A stretch of 64,000 nucleotides of DNA from the human T2T-CHM13v2.0 reference genome, Homo sapiens. Positions within the stretch are counted from its first letter, which is position 1; each line of letters begins with the position of its first letter. The position numbers and the translations under genes were made by a program. Below, piece after piece: positions 21,356-37,040 of this stretch. The stretch lies in assembly GCF_009914755.1 (NCBI RefSeq), contig NC_060931.1. One strand, written 5' to 3'. Below the pieces are notes generated by a model. It searched no databases, was not told the origin of the DNA, and saw nothing but the letters and a program-made list of their open reading frames with translations.

Positions 21356-22192
21356 TAGAGAAGACCTTGGATCCAGGAAAGGAGAGAAAGCTTTATACTA
21401 TCCTCTGCTTGATCCCAGGACCCAGGCTAGTGGCAGAGTTCTAGGGTCCATCTGCCTTAAGGAAAAATTATCTCTTCTGTTTTAATCTAGGAATAAAATC
21501 ACATTTATCCCTATGCCTGGCACATAGCAGACACCGAGTCAATGTTTACTGAATATATTTCTAGAAAGTTCCACACTAGCCTTACTTCTCCCTATTGCCC
21601 TCCACTCTCCTGCTGAACTGATTCAAGTATTCCCCACACTAGCTGCCTCCGAGCCTATGCTCTGCCCTTTCCTCCTCTGAAAATGCCTTCCTCCCTGCCC
21701 TCTCAGAGCCAAGTTCAAATGTCACTTATTCCATCACGCCCTCTCTGATCCCTGCCATCAGCAAACATCCTGATTCTGAGACCATCTCATCTGTTCCACA
21801 TTACAGCACTTTCCCCTTCTAACATCTGTATCACATACATGACTTCTGTCTTCTGCTAGCATGAGAGCCTGCTTGAGGGGTGAGACATGATGGCTTGCTT
21901 TTCTAGTCTCCAGACCACATACAGATTTTTGGTTATACAAATACAAGCTTTACTAACTTCAGAAATAAGCCAAAAGAAAACACAATGAGGTTGTGTTGTT
22001 TTTTTTTCTGACTGTGTATGTGTGTATTGTTCTACTAATTAGTATGATTTACCACCCTAATTCATGCAGTGACTGTGATGACTGTGCAGTATCTGATTCC
22101 AGAGTCTTGGGTCTGAAAACTAAGGAACAGTGATGCCTGAATCCTATCATTGGTCAAACACACAAAGTTATTTTTATCGCAATCAAACTTAC

Positions 22193-22307
22193 CTCATTTG
22201 CTAAGGCAAAAGTTCCCCAGTGAATTGCCATAGATTTCTTTGTTTGGACATCAGTGTGAATCCTTACAGCTTCTTCTGGGTCTACATGCTGGTATTTCAT
22301 AAACCAC
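22193..22307 (-). CDS. NAPEPLD: NAPEPLD coding exon (115 nt; [38 protein letters not shown])
   Basis: ttcttcag|G acceptor and GAG|gtaagt donor. Contains the IHWGTF metal-ligand motif; phase fits both neighbours. Confidence 0.97.
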
Positions 22308-22723
22308 CTGAAGAAACATGGCAATTTCTTAATTCTGACCTTTGAGATATACACTAAATTCTAAAATCTGTTTCACTTAACCAAACTTTAAGATTCTGCG
22401 CAGGACTATGGATGTTGAGAATTAAGAACCACTGGGATAAAACATGCAGTTTTGGGGAGGATGAGCTAGAAACCAAGTCTGAAGGCCAGGTCAAGGCTAG
22501 ATTGTAAAAACAAAACAAATTCTGCACAGGAATTAAGTCACAGGAGGCAAAACCATCTCCCTTTGGTACACTTTCTGCTGAAAAATAAAACAAGCAAAAG
22601 TCTTTCTTGTACAAATTGCTATAAAATAAGTAAGTCTCAAGCAAACTCCCCTCTGAATAGTGAGATTTTTGTTTCACGTATATTTTGATTTTACTGGATC
22701 TATCTGAAGATACAACTTACTGA

Positions 22724-23541
22724 TGATGCAGGGGAGGCGAGCCCCAAAATTGAGGCTTAGCCCAGGAGGGTTTTTGGCCTCACAAACGAAATATAATTCA
22801 ACGGCAAGCCAGTGGTGCTGGCCAGCAATTTTTTTTAAACGATACTGCTCCTTGAGGAGCAGTGCTAAGTTATAGGCAGTAAGTGCACTCAGAGTTGGCA
22901 ACATATGAGGGGTTGGTAACTGTATTTACACTCACTTATACCCACTTTTAATTATATGTAAATTAGGGAATGGGTTAATGCAAATTAAAGGGCAGATTAT
23001 TTAGAACTTTCTAGGAATGGGGTGGTAACTTCTTGGTCATTGCCATGGAAAGGGGCAGTAACTTCTAGGTTGTTGCCATGGCCATTTATAAACTGTCATG
23101 GTGATGGTGGGAGAGTCTTAGGCTAATGAGCAATGAGGGCAGCTAGGGATCACTTCTGTCACCATCTGCTGGTTTTTGCCAGTTTTTTCTTTTTTTCTTT
23201 TTCTTTTTCTGAGATTGAGTCTCGCTCTATCGCCCAGGCTAGAGTGCAGTGCCGCGATCCCAGCTCACTGCAACCTCCGCCTCCTGGGTTCAAGTGATTC
23301 TTCTGCTTCAACCTCCTGGGTAGCTGGGACTATAGGCACGTACCACCTCTCCCGGCTAATTTTTTGTATTTTTAGTAGAACCAGGGTTTCACCGTGTTAG
23401 CCAGGATGGTACTGATCTCCTGACCTTGTGATCTGCCTGCCTCCACATCCCAAAGTGCTGGGATCACAGACGTGAGCCACCGCGCCCAGCTGCCAGTTTT
23501 TTCACTTTATCAATTGAGACTGGGAAATAAGTCCTGCCTCA
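22724..23541 (-). mobile_element. ERV1-class solo LTR (subfamily uncertain) split by an Alu
   Basis: TG...CA termini with near-matching 4-bp flanks ctga/ctgt; gtaacttc..ttgccatgg repeats typical of MER4-group LTRs. Confidence 0.7.
23190..23490 (-). mobile_element. AluSc/Y-like inside the solo LTR
   Basis: TSD tgccagtttttt on both sides. Confidence 0.92.
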
Positions 23542-23859
23542 CTGTTACTTTTAAAAGTAGATATTTTACAGTCCTGGATATGTATCAAAGAAACTGAATA
23601 ATTGGTAAAGAAATAAAAACCAAAGCTCCAATTACAAAAGAATTTGTATGTCCTGCTGATACAAATTTGTAAAAACCTGCTAAAGCAAAAATAAACAAAA
23701 ACTAGTACATAAAATTTAAAGACCAGGAGCCAAATATCCAATTACTATTCAAGAAATTTTATTTAATCATAAAACTGAACAATGAGGTGTTTGGTTTGGC
23801 AAGAAGATCAGACTAATGGGTAAATGATTAAGGAAATAATGAAAGGGTGCCTAATGCCT

Positions 23860-24050
23860 TGGGAAGAGCGAGGGCTCAGGAGGCAGAAGGCTTGGGTGTG
23901 AATCCTAGCTCTTGCAGTTCTTAGAATGCCTTTGGAAAGTCTGTTCAAATTCTCTGAGCTGCTATTTCTTTGTCTGTGAAATATAAATTTTACCCCATTA
24001 TGTGAGGGTATTGTGAGGATTAAACAAGACAAGGCTTAGGAAAGCATAGA
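23860..24050 (+). mobile_element. MIR
   Basis: tgggtgtgaatcctagctct..tctctgagc..tctgtgaaat..ttgtgaggattaaa core. Confidence 0.65.
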
Positions 24051-25031
24051 GAACATCATCTACTTTCATAGAATTCTCCCAAAACAGTAAACAAAACCAA
24101 CACTTTCAGAAGAAAGATGTATTATTCCTGATATAAAGGAGAAAGTGTACTGTCTACAAGCAAATCCTTTGCCTTCCAAGCCATCAGTTTCAAGGAGGAA
24201 AAACAACACTGTATTCACATTATTTACATCCTAGTCTGCCAGTGACAACTAACACTACAGTGAAGACCAACAGACATGGATTCAGCACAGGAGCTTCCAC
24301 ACTTTACAGAAGACATCATGGAGAAGTTTATCCATCTGCAACAGATATTTACTGTTAGGAGTTGCTGGGTCCTACAGAAGGCTGAAAACAAAGCCACTGT
24401 GTTCTCCTCAACAGCAAATGAGAGCAGCACTGTTCTGCCATATCTCCTGACTCTTGGGATTCAGGGAAAGATGAAAATGGTTTTTGGTGTTTCTCTCTTG
24501 ATTTTTTTTAAATCCTAGTGCAAATCAAAGGGATAGATATATTCCTTTCCACCTGAAATAGATTTAAATTTTTTACTGTGATATAACAATTAAAATAAAA
24601 ACTTAAAATCTTAACTGACTTGGATAGAATACCTGGTGACAGGAGATTCCCTAAAGTAAGAATGAAACATTCCAAGCATATTATTGAAAGTTGTTTTCGG
24701 TCTAAACATCTTAAATTTATAGAGCACTCTCAAGCGTTATTCAATATCTTATTTCTAAAGCCGTTAATAGTAACCAAAGAAACAGACTACACATTAGAGG
24801 CTACCACAATTTAACTCTCTTAGGGCAAATAATAGCCTCCTTGTCTTTTTCCCATCTTAGTTGTTTCCTGTTTGCCTGCAATGCAAGCAGGAAAGGGGGA
24901 TTATGTGAGTAAATTTGGTTGTACATATTTTATCATCACAAATATATGTGACAAATTTATATATTACCACATATGAAAACTTATTTTCATAACAAATAAA
25001 AGATGTTCTAATCTATTAAGAACATACATCA

Positions 25032-25335
25032 GGCTGGGCATGGTGGCTAACGCCTATAATCCTACCACGTTGGGAGGCCGACACAGGCAGATCACTTGAG
25101 GTCAGGAGTTCAAAACCAGTCTAGCCAACATGGTGAAACCCTGTCTCTACTAAAAACACACATAAAAAAACTAGCCAGGCATGGTGGCAGGCGCCTGTAG
25201 TCCCAGCTACTTGGGAGGTTGAGGCAGGAGAATCACTTGAACCCAGAGACGGAGGTTGCAGTGAGCCGAGATCGTGCCACTGCACTCCAACCTGGGCAAC
25301 AGAGTGAGACTCCATCTCAAACAACCAACCAAAAA
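25032..25335 (+). mobile_element. AluS-like
   Basis: TSD gaacatacatc. Confidence 0.93.
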
Positions 25336-26369
25336 AGGAACATACATCGAGTAAAGACCAATTTTATGTTACAAATACATAACTGATTTGTAACAGTTCT
25401 AAAAATATATAAGCTGACAGGTTTTGAGAGGTTTCATTAGAATTATAACTATTTAATTAGAAAAGTAAAATTCAAGCACCAATATTGATTTGTAATCATT
25501 TTAATAATTATCAAGAACCAAAAAAGGGTAAAAATATCTAGCCCCTCCAAATAAGGAAACTAGCAAAAAACAAAAAGGGATAAATAAGCATTAGTAAATA
25601 AAAATAGGGACAAAATCGTTTTAGTGAATGTAAAAATTTAGCAAATAACAAAATCAGATGAAAACAAAAGTTTAGATTCATTCAATTCATCTATGTATTA
25701 GAGAAATACTTGTTCTTCCACTTATGGAATTACCTAAACAAAATGTTGTTGTATGTATCTGTCCATGCACTATAGAATACAATATTTTTAAAATTATCCA
25801 TTGCTTTGTTACTATTAGTGTTTTGTTTTCTCTTTATTTGCACATATAAACCAGAGTTGACTGAAATCTAACTTAATTCTTTGAAATCACTTCTCTTTTC
25901 CCTAAACAGAGAATATTAAGGAAAACAAAGACAGTGGATGAGTCTCCTAGGTGTCCAATGAGAGTGTGACCTTTCGCTGCTCTGAAATAGGTCAATAGTA
26001 TGTCAAGGTTGGAGGATGAGTGGTGAGTAGTACAACACCACCATGACCAGATTAACTTCAGTGCTGACTGAAATAAAACCCTCACCAGGGACTAATGCTA
26101 TAGGCCAATTCCTTGCTTTTTCTCTTTGCTAAACGTAGGAGAGCTGTAGGACAGGGGATTGGGGCACTCAAGTTATGGAGCAAAAGGTGGTTATATAAAG
26201 AAAGTATTCTCCATGTGAAAGAATAAGAGTAGGTTTTATTACTGGCTGACCAGTTTAGTTGAATGGTATGTGAACTTCTGGCTAGGTATAGTAATTCTTT
26301 AAACCTTGATCCCTTTCTTATGGTAACATCATCCCTGATTTTGAGTAATTTTTTTAACTCATATGACTA

Positions 26370-26525
26370 TAATTAAAATATTTTAATTCTCACCACAAAA
26401 ACATAAGTATGTGAGATAATGCACATGTAAAATAGTTTGATTTAGTTATTCCACAATGCATACATATATCAAAACATCATGTTGCACACCATATACACAA
26501 TTTTTACTTGTCAATTTAAAAAATA
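26370..26525 (+). mobile_element. L1M 3' UTR fragment
   Basis: ttctcaccacaaaa..taagtatgtgag..ccacaatg..tatatcaaaacatcatgttg motif. Confidence 0.75.
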
Positions 26526-26707
26526 TTTAATTTAAAATATTTAAAAATAAAATCTAATTGAATCTGACCTACCAACCCCCAATCATGTATAACAAAGTCC
26601 ACCATTAAAATCATAAATTACAGTGTCACAAAAATCATAATTGCTTTACTTTTAAATTCAGTTAATTTATCACATAGCAGGAATGTTTTCTTTGGAAGTC
26701 TACATAC

Positions 26708-27354
26708 CTCGGTTCATAAGCTCCGATGGGAATAGCTGCAAGGTCAAAAGGTCCAAATCTTTTTCCTATCTCTTCAAAAGCAGGGCAATAACCAGTATCT
26801 CCTGCGAAAAAAAATCGATTCCAAGGCCCCAAGACAGACCAGCTGCCCCATAGCACCTTGTTGTCATCCATTAGAGTCCTTTTACACCAGTGCTGGGAAG
26901 GTGTAAAGACAAAAGTGACCTTATCATGTCCGGGGACACAATTCTCCTCCCACCAGTCCAACTCAATCACATTCTCACAGCCACATTTTTGCATCCAGTC
27001 AAGGAGACCCAAAGGCACAAACCATCTCAACTCATTACCAAATCGCTCATTCAAAGCAATGACAGAATTGTAGTCCAGATGGTCATAGTGGTTGTGACTG
27101 ATAAGGACCGCATCTATTGGAGGGAGTTCACTTATTGTGCACGGGGAACGACGAAATCGCTTTGGACCCATGTACTGCGATGGTGAAGCACGAGAGCTAA
27201 AGATGGGATCCGTGAGAAATATGAGCTCATCCATTTCCACCATTACCGTGGCATGTCCCAGCCATGTGACTCTTAAGCCAGCTTCCCTCACTCCAGCTTC
27301 TTCAGGGTTAGTGATAAAATATGGCTTAAGCACTGGGAGTTCTTTGTCTAGTTC
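26708..27354 (-). CDS. NAPEPLD: NAPEPLD large coding exon (647 nt), metallo-beta-lactamase core
   Basis: Encodes [23 protein letters not shown] (HxHxDH zinc motif), SQHW and FAGDTGY. Acceptor tttatacacaaag|GAA, donor AG|gtatgt. Confidence 0.98.
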
Positions 27355-27824
27355 CTTTGTGTATAAAGAAAGCAAGACAAAAGAGTAGTTAGAAAAAAAA
27401 GTATTGTATCATCATAGTCCACATTTTGACCTAAATAATGGCAAGAAGAGCTGTTTTTAGAGAACTAAAGTCATTCAATAAACTTGCTACACTTTTGCTT
27501 TTTTCTTGAAAATGCATACTTCTTTCTGAATCTGACTTAATAATCATGATAATATGGTAATCTTCTTCCTCCCAAATGCAAAAGAGAAAATTAAATTTAA
27601 AACTTTGAGTGCTGCTAAATGTATCAATTTTTTAAAGGCTCTCTTCAGTACTGCCAGAAGTAGACTGGCCTAGATGCAGTCATTTTTCTATTGCCATTCT
27701 ACTCAGCTGATGTATTTGCTGCTAAAAACTGCCTTAAAAGCAGGTCAGTCCCTGGAAATAGTAAAGAAAGCTTATGACCATTTATTTGTAGCTCTTGGCT
27801 CTCAGACATGAATCATGAATCTGA

Positions 27825-28146
<322 letters not shown>

Positions 28147-29237
28147 TGAATCTCACTTTCTGAGTACCTATAATTCAAAATGGAGCGCTGTGATGATTCC
28201 TGGACAAATCACAGTCATAAATTGTTTTCCTCATTCCTTACCTTTCTGATTTTCTACCATTAATCAAACCAACGTGAATATGATCCCTTCCTGTGAGAAG
28301 CTGATCACTGAGATAAGGGGGGCCGTAAATGGATATAAAACAATAACTATAACAAAGCGTGAAGAGTATTATCCCTTGGTTATTCTACATTTTATACTTG
28401 GATTAAGCTAGGCCAACAAAAAGTGGTAAGGTTGCAGCATCACAGTCCTGGCTTTTATAAAGCTCTTTTACTGAATTGTGCTCTGGTACCATGCTATATA
28501 GCTGCATGGAGGTCTCTCATAGGAAGCCACCTCATGAAACTCACCATGTATGTGTTCAGGCTGCAGACTTGGTACCACCTCCACCTTCCTACTTACCCCA
28601 GAAACATTTCCCTCCCATCTCGTTTCAGGAAAAATTCTTCTCCAGAGCACCTGGCTTTGTCATTTCTGTCACTGGGAAAACTCTTAAGATTTCATGATAC
28701 TTCTCTCTTTAGGAAGTTCAGAGGAAAAGCTGAGGCCACCTGCAGCAACGTGCAGCACATGATGGAACATATTTCTATATTAACTTTATTCTTGGCTTTA
28801 TTTTATTTTTCTAGTCTAATAGTCCATTTTGCTCCTAGACTGGCTAGGTATAGTAATTCTATACCTCATCCAATTCTTTTTTTACTGCTTTATGTATGTT
28901 TGTAAGTTGCCACTAAATCAACTTTGAAAGGGTGTGGTACTGGATAAGTAGTTAAAATACAGGTCATGTTATAGCCTGATAAGAAGGAATGAAGAGCCCA
29001 GTTGCCAAAGGCATCACAGACACAGTGACTTGTGTGAGTTCCTGAAGAATGATGAGAAACTCATGATGCAGAGAAAAGGAAGAAGGGCATTTCAAGTAGA
29101 GAAACCACCCAAGCAAAGGTACAGAGCCAAACAGGAATGTGGTGTTTGAGGGCAGGGGACAAACTAAATCTATAAAGATGGGAACACATTAAGAGCCTTG
29201 AGTGTCATGCTTCACTCTAAGACAATGAGGAAGCATC

Positions 29238-29365
29238 TTTTTTTTTTTTTTTGTAGAGACAGGGTGGGTTTTACCATGTTGCCCAAGCTGGCGTCGAACT
29301 CCTGGGCTGAAGCGATCTGCTTCCCAAAGTGCTAGGATTACAGGTGTGAGCCACCACGCCAGGCC
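29238..29365 (-). mobile_element. Alu left monomer (FLAM-like)
   Basis: Single monomer with T tract. Confidence 0.8.
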
Positions 29366-29469
29366 TAGGAGGTATCTTTTTGCCCTCACACGTGCACACA
29401 CACACGTACACATGCATGCATGTGCACACACACATACACACAGACATGACCCAATTATGTTTAGATAAA

Positions 29470-29700
29470 ACAATTCTAGAGTCCAAATGATGGCATGGAG
29501 AGTGTCACAACAGTTGCCAAGATATGAAGAGATGAGGACCTGAGCAAAGGATACACCGGTAGACACAGACAAAAGAGGGCAGATGGGGAGATGCTGGTGA
29601 AGGGAAACTGAGAGGTCAATGAAAGAGTAAGTCTGAATGGGAAGAAGGCCTGGACAGGAAGAGAAGGAGCAGCACAGGTGGAGGACAAAAAGGTTTCTCT
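29470..29700 (-). mobile_element. L2 fragment
   Basis: gagatgaggacctgagc and purine-rich L2 reverse-strand motifs. Confidence 0.45.
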
Positions 29701-30984
29701 TAGCCACTTAAACCTTTAGTTTCCTCATCTGGAAAACAGGTGTAATAATTGTACCTATGCTTCATTCCTGTGAGGATAGAATTACGAGTGGCTGGGACAT
29801 AATAAGCACTCTACAAGTAGTCCAAAAGAAAAAGCAAGAAAGTTCCAACCCTGACAACCAACCAGGCACCAATGTTACCAATCTTTTGCATTTCCGTGGA
29901 GCTACTAACCTAGTTAAGATGCTAAGAAATATTCAGACATTCAAAGCTCTCCAGATTGCTCAACTATCTGCCTGTCAACTCAATCCATGCACAAGAGCCA
30001 CCTCAAAAACAGCCAACTTAAGGTATAACTTAAGTCTCCTCTGCTGCAAAATCTCCACTGGCTCTCTACTGCCTGACAAAGTCTGTCTCACCTCCTCAGC
30101 CCAGCAGTGAGCTGCCCAGGGACTGCCCCAATTCTCTCGGGCGTTTCATGCTCCTCTTCCACATGTGCTGTGTCCCACCTACATGGAGACTGCTTCCCAC
30201 TCCTAGACTGAGCTCAAGAACCCTGCACGGTACTCATCCCATTTCTCAGGTTAAATTATCTTCCCCCTTATCCCTTCGGGCCATCTCTTGAGTCCCACAG
30301 CTAGAAGCACTTACTCCTGCCTCTCAACTTCCATATCTCCCTATTCACACATCTCCTCTGGATATTCTGGTTATGTGTACACAGAATTTGTCCCATGTCT
30401 TATGAAAGGTGGAATCATTCAGTGCTCAGTTTGATTAATGAAACACAGCATGTGCTCAACAAAATTTGTTGAATGGATGAGTAAATGAATGAATGTCAAC
30501 TTTCAATCAGTTCTTAAATTTGGGAGTTAGGGTTAGTGAACAATGACATATGCCAAGAGGTATACTTATCCAGAATTAATGAGGAAAGGGAGAGGGAATG
30601 AATATAAACTGAGTACCTACTAAGTACTCGTACTTGGCATCATATTGGGCACATAATGATGATGAACTACCTAATGTATCAAGTACTTTAGCATAACACA
30701 AAACAAAATACTATTAACAACAGCTACCATTTATGAAGTGCTTATTATGTGCTAGACACTGTACTAACTGCTACTGGCTACGACCACAACACTGGAAGTA
30801 GGTCCTATAAACCAGCTCCATTCTACAGCTAAGAATACAATGAATTAGGGAAGTTACAGCACTCAGGCAAGGTCACCCAGCCAGACCCACTGTAGTAAAC
30901 CATACTTCCTCTCATTAAATCTCATTTACTAACATGTTTTCATAAAAAGTAACAGCCTGGGGTCCAGGTTGGGAGAATAAGGGG

Positions 30985-31145
30985 GTATGAATTTCAAAAG
31001 GACACAAGGAAACTTTTGGGGATAATATATATGTTCATTATCTTGATTGTGGTGATCTTTTCGTGGGTATATACATATGTCAAAACTCATTAAATTATGC
31101 ATTTTAAATATGTGAAGCCTATATCATGTTAATAAAACTATTTTT
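30985..31145 (+). mobile_element. L1ME-type 3' fragment
   Basis: cacaaggaaacttttgggg..atcttgattgtggtg..tgtcaaaactcat motif. Confidence 0.7.
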
Positions 31146-31155
31146 AAAAGTTTAA

Positions 31156-31679
<524 letters not shown>

Positions 31680-32735
31680 TCACTCACATGGCATTTTCAT
31701 GGCTAGATCAAGACTTTCTTGGCTGGTCTTCCTTTTTGAAAGCTGCAAAATGGAAAATCCCAAGACTCATAATTAACCAGTACGCTAGTTAATGTTTTAC
31801 TTTTCTCGGGAAAAGGGAAAAATCCTAACGTTCATTCAATAGCTACTCTTTGCAAGGTGCTTTAGGTATACTGTGTCATCTAAATTTGTGAAGCAAATAT
31901 TACTGCCATTTTACAGATGACCAGACCAAGGCAGACTGGGGTCACTAAGAAATTTGCCAAAGTCATGCAAGAGGTAAGTACCCAATCAGGAGTGAAATCT
32001 AGGTCTTCCTAACTCAAAAGACCTCTCTTTCACTAAGCCATGCTCCTTCGATGGCATAAATATTAACTTACATTAAAATTAAACAATGAAACTCATATCT
32101 TCTTAACATACTTACAATTTTAAGAGTATGTGTTTGTGTGTATTAATGAGACAAAAAAGAAAGATGTGACTCAAATCCATTTAAACCATGTTTTTAAAAT
32201 ATCACTTTTAAAGAAGACACAGTAATACTTTTCTTCCAACTGAAGGTACATTTTCACCATCTTAGAAAACTTTACTACCTATACTGTAATCTGCAACTCA
32301 GATTTTTTAAATTAAAAAATAACATTTTTCTTTTTCACATTTGTTATATGTGAACACTGAATAAAGATACATGTGTTACCAAAATAACTCCAATTCAATT
32401 AATTATTGATGCCAATGTTTGACATTTTTGCCATGTGTATTAAGAGTATAAGATCTATCAAAATGGCTTAGTATTTTTAAACTCCTTGATTATAAGAGAA
32501 AATGCTCTTAATATGTGGAAAATGCAGAAAAATATAAATAGTTGCCATCATTATATCAACATGCAGATATTATAACCACTGTTAACATTATGATCTGTAC
32601 TTGTAGTTCTATTTTATGAATGGTTGCAATCAGAGTATTCATATTTTCTAGTTTTATAAAAAAATTGTATATGGTGACATTTTCAGTCATCCCTACGACT
32701 CTACGAGACACAAGGTTTAAAAATGAAACAAATAG

Positions 32736-33059
<324 letters not shown>

Positions 33060-33175
33060 AATGAAACAAATTCTTGAGGAAATTTTTCAGAATGCAAATT
33101 TTTTTCAAATTGCTGAAATTTATTAAAATTGAAAGACATTGTTTAATTAATCTTCTCTGCCATGAAACTCCATCA

Positions 33176-33292
33176 GGCTGTGTACAAAAACCACTGGGAG
33201 GCTGAGGGTCACTAGAGCCCGGGAGTTTGAGGCTGTAGTGAGCCTCAAAGGGCTACTACACTCCAGCTTGGGTGACAGAGTGAGACCCTATC
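33176..33292 (+). mobile_element. Diverged Alu monomer (FLAM_A-like)
   Basis: gggaggctgagg..gagtttgaggctgtagtgagc..ctccagcttgggtgacaga. Confidence 0.7.
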
Positions 33293-33659
33293 AAGGTTTG
33301 CATGCTTGCTTGCTATCTGTGGTCATTAAAAACCCTAGACCTCTTCAGGAAATCAGGTCTGCCTGCACTTCTCCAAGCATGAATTTTGAGTTCTTTGCTT
33401 CTTTAAAACTTGCTCCATGTGCACTGTTGTCAAGCCGATTCTCTATACCTTTAAAAGGTCTCCAAAAATCTGCACTCAATCAACAGATAAAAACGTTACC
33501 AGTAATAAAACCATAAAGCTAGTCTAGACAAGTAAGATTCTATCATTTCAACTTCCAGGCTTCTGTTTAATGCCTATGTGCCAATGGCTAAAGTTAGGCT
33601 TGCTCTTTAGGACCTCAGCAGTTATCCTCATACCTCCTTTGGGACACAACTGTCCATAA

Positions 33660-34057
<398 letters not shown>

Positions 34058-34089
34058 ATGTAATATTTTTAAAAAGATAAAACATAGAA

Positions 34090-34620
34090 GAAATTTTCTT
34101 AAATTACAGAGAATTGATCCAGGAGGTCCAAAATAGAACTACTATAACTAATAGTCATTTTAGAATAAAAACATATAGGGAAGGACATTTTCAAAGATAC
34201 AGATGAAATTTCCTAGAACTGAAGGAAATGGATTTTCAGACTGAAAGGGCCCACCACACACAGAGCACAATGAATAAATAAAGAACTACACATCGTGGCA
34301 ATTTTCAGAACACTGGTGCCAAAGAGAGGATTCTCAAAGTCTCTAGAGAGAAAACAAAGGGCCTGTTCAAAGGATCAAGAGTAAGGACGGCACTGAACTT
34401 CCCCACAGCCACACTAGAAATAAAGTTATGGAGGCAATACTCTCAAATTCTGAGAGAAAACTGTTTCTAAACAAAAATTCTATACCCAAATTATCAATTA
34501 TGAATGAGAATAAAGACATTTCAGACAAGCAAGAATTCAAAAAACTTACTTTCCATGTACCCTTTCTCAGGAAGTTCACTGAAAATATGCTCCACCAAAA
34601 TGAGAAAATGACACAGAAAG
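34090..34620 (+). mobile_element. HAL1 / ancient L1 ORF1-like fragment
   Basis: Residual translation ISDKQEFKKLTFHVPFLRKFTENMLHQNE resembles the ORF1 C-terminal domain. Confidence 0.65.
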
Positions 34621-35612
34621 AGGAACAAGTGGGATGCAGAAAACAAGGGTGACCATAGAAGACACAAGGGAGCCCAGGAGGCTGGTGAAGGGTGCCCTAG
34701 AATGTAAGTCGGCAGAGACCCTGGGAAGGCATCAGCTCAGACTACAGCCCACTGCTGAACGACCACCTGAGAGTCTTTCCCTCAGGAAAATGGCATTGAG
34801 AGGCCATAGGAGGCAGGGAAATAATTGTCATAAATACACAGAAAGTCAAGCAGATGAAAGAGATGTTGTTAACACAGCAGAGGGAGAGGTATATAAGGAA
34901 AGGAGACACAGTCATAGTACTTACTTCATTCACCAATGAAAAATATTGATATACTCAATGTAAACCATGAAATCAACTTAACCCAAAACTGTGATCTGTC
35001 TATTCTAACAGAATAGAAGAAGGCCAAGTAGAATCATCTTAAGTAAAACTAGTACATTTAAAGGCTAGGAACCTAAAGTCAACTTTTCAAGGTCTGGAAA
35101 GGTCATCTGAAGCTCCCTTTCACAGCTTTGGTAGCCTTATCCAAGGGTTAAAAGCCAAGCACTCCAGGCCATGCCTTCACCCTCATGATCCATATTCTAC
35201 ACACGTACCAGGCTACTACCTTCCAGAGCAGGTAATACACTGTCTCACCTTCATGACCTTGTTCATGCCATCATCTACCTGGAAAATCACTGTCAAAATA
35301 CTTTTTAGTTGACTAGGCCCAGCTGAAATATTCACCTCCTCTGTGAAGCCATCTCCAGCTCTTCCTGTCAGCATCACGTTCTTTCCTGTACCTCTAAAGC
35401 ACTCTGTTCCTACCTCTAGTTGCCACCAGATCAGGGTTGGTTATTCCTATATGTACTCTGCTACTGAACGATGAACTTTAGGGCCTAGGTTACACCTATC
35501 CACTTTATCTCCTCAGACCTAATTCTATGCCTTATGATATACAAGGGCTCAAATAACTAGAGTGTCATATATGAAGAGCAAATATAAAGCACTCAAAAAA
35601 GCCAAGCGCTAC

Positions 35613-35906
35613 CTCTTTAGAACTTGGAACACTGCTGTGATCTTTCTCCATTATCAGCCATCTGAGAACATTTGGAATAGAGGGGTTTTTCCATGTTGGC
35701 CACGGATTCACAAATCTCCCATCTTTTCCTTTCTTGGATTTAGTTACATCTTCTTCTAGTCTATAATCCAGTTTGAAGCTTTTCCTAGAAAACCTAGAAG
35801 AATCACTTGCTCCGGAATTCCGTGCTGAATTTTGACGTTTTCTTACTGCTTCTTTAGGATATTGGCTGCTTGTCATCAGAGACTGGTTGCTTTCATTTTC
35901 ATCCAT
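35613..35906 (-). CDS. NAPEPLD: NAPEPLD first annotated coding exon (MDENESNQS...SSKE, 98 codons); exon begins at 35922
   Basis: Acceptor tttttttag|TTC at 35922, ATG at 35906, donor GAG|gtagcg after 35613. Confidence 0.96.
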
Positions 35907-36113
35907 GTCCTTTGGTGAAGAACTAAAAAAAACAAGGGGGAAAAATACTGAGTTGAACATAAAGGCATTCAAACATAACACAAGGTACTATTTGTTAGCC
36001 AATAAAAATTTCTCTAAACTTATAAAAATATTATGTCTGTATTAGCTGAAACTTTCTTCCTGCAAGGCACAATTTTAGAATACAGTATTACTTCTTGCTA
36101 AATAAGAAAGATG

Positions 36114-36538
<425 letters not shown>

Positions 36539-36859
36539 TTAAGGCACCTTCATAAATCTATAATATTTTCATACATGTATTTAGAAAACATTATTGTTAA
36601 CAATGCATAGTAAGGACTGCTTCAGTTCCTTGAGGGAATTTAGTAATTCAAGCAAGTCGAATATATACACCACTAGGCTTAGTCATATTTACACTGAAGA
36701 TATTCTGTAACCAATGCCCCCAGAAAGAACAGCCAGTCCAAATCCCTGGAAAGGAGATAACACATTAACTGAGAGACATTTCAATAATGTATTTAACTGA
36801 TCAATAAAATACATTTAAATATATGAGAACTGCCAAGTCAGTGAGTATGTATCCTAGCT

Positions 36860-37040
36860 ATACGACCTTGAGCCAGTTTCCCACCCTCTCTGTACCCTGA
36901 TTTCCTCACCTATAAAATGGAGAGAACGTTACTTCCCTCCTAGGTTTATTAAGAAGACCTGTAATACAAGTAAGGCACTTGGAAACATAGTAACACACAC
37001 ATAAACCCAACATCACAGCTCAATCAATGTCAGCTGTTGC
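36860..37040 (+). mobile_element. MIR
   Basis: gaccttgagc..ctctctgtacc..tttcctcacctataaaatgg core. Confidence 0.6.

Noticed and set aside
28423-28905. 160-aa intronic ORF
   Set aside because: GTG start, no recognisable homology or supporting splice structure.
29189-29707. 172-aa ORF and the many 60-110 aa Alu-derived ORFs in the track
   Set aside because: Read-through of L2, CA-repeat and Alu sequence giving typical Alu translation motifs.
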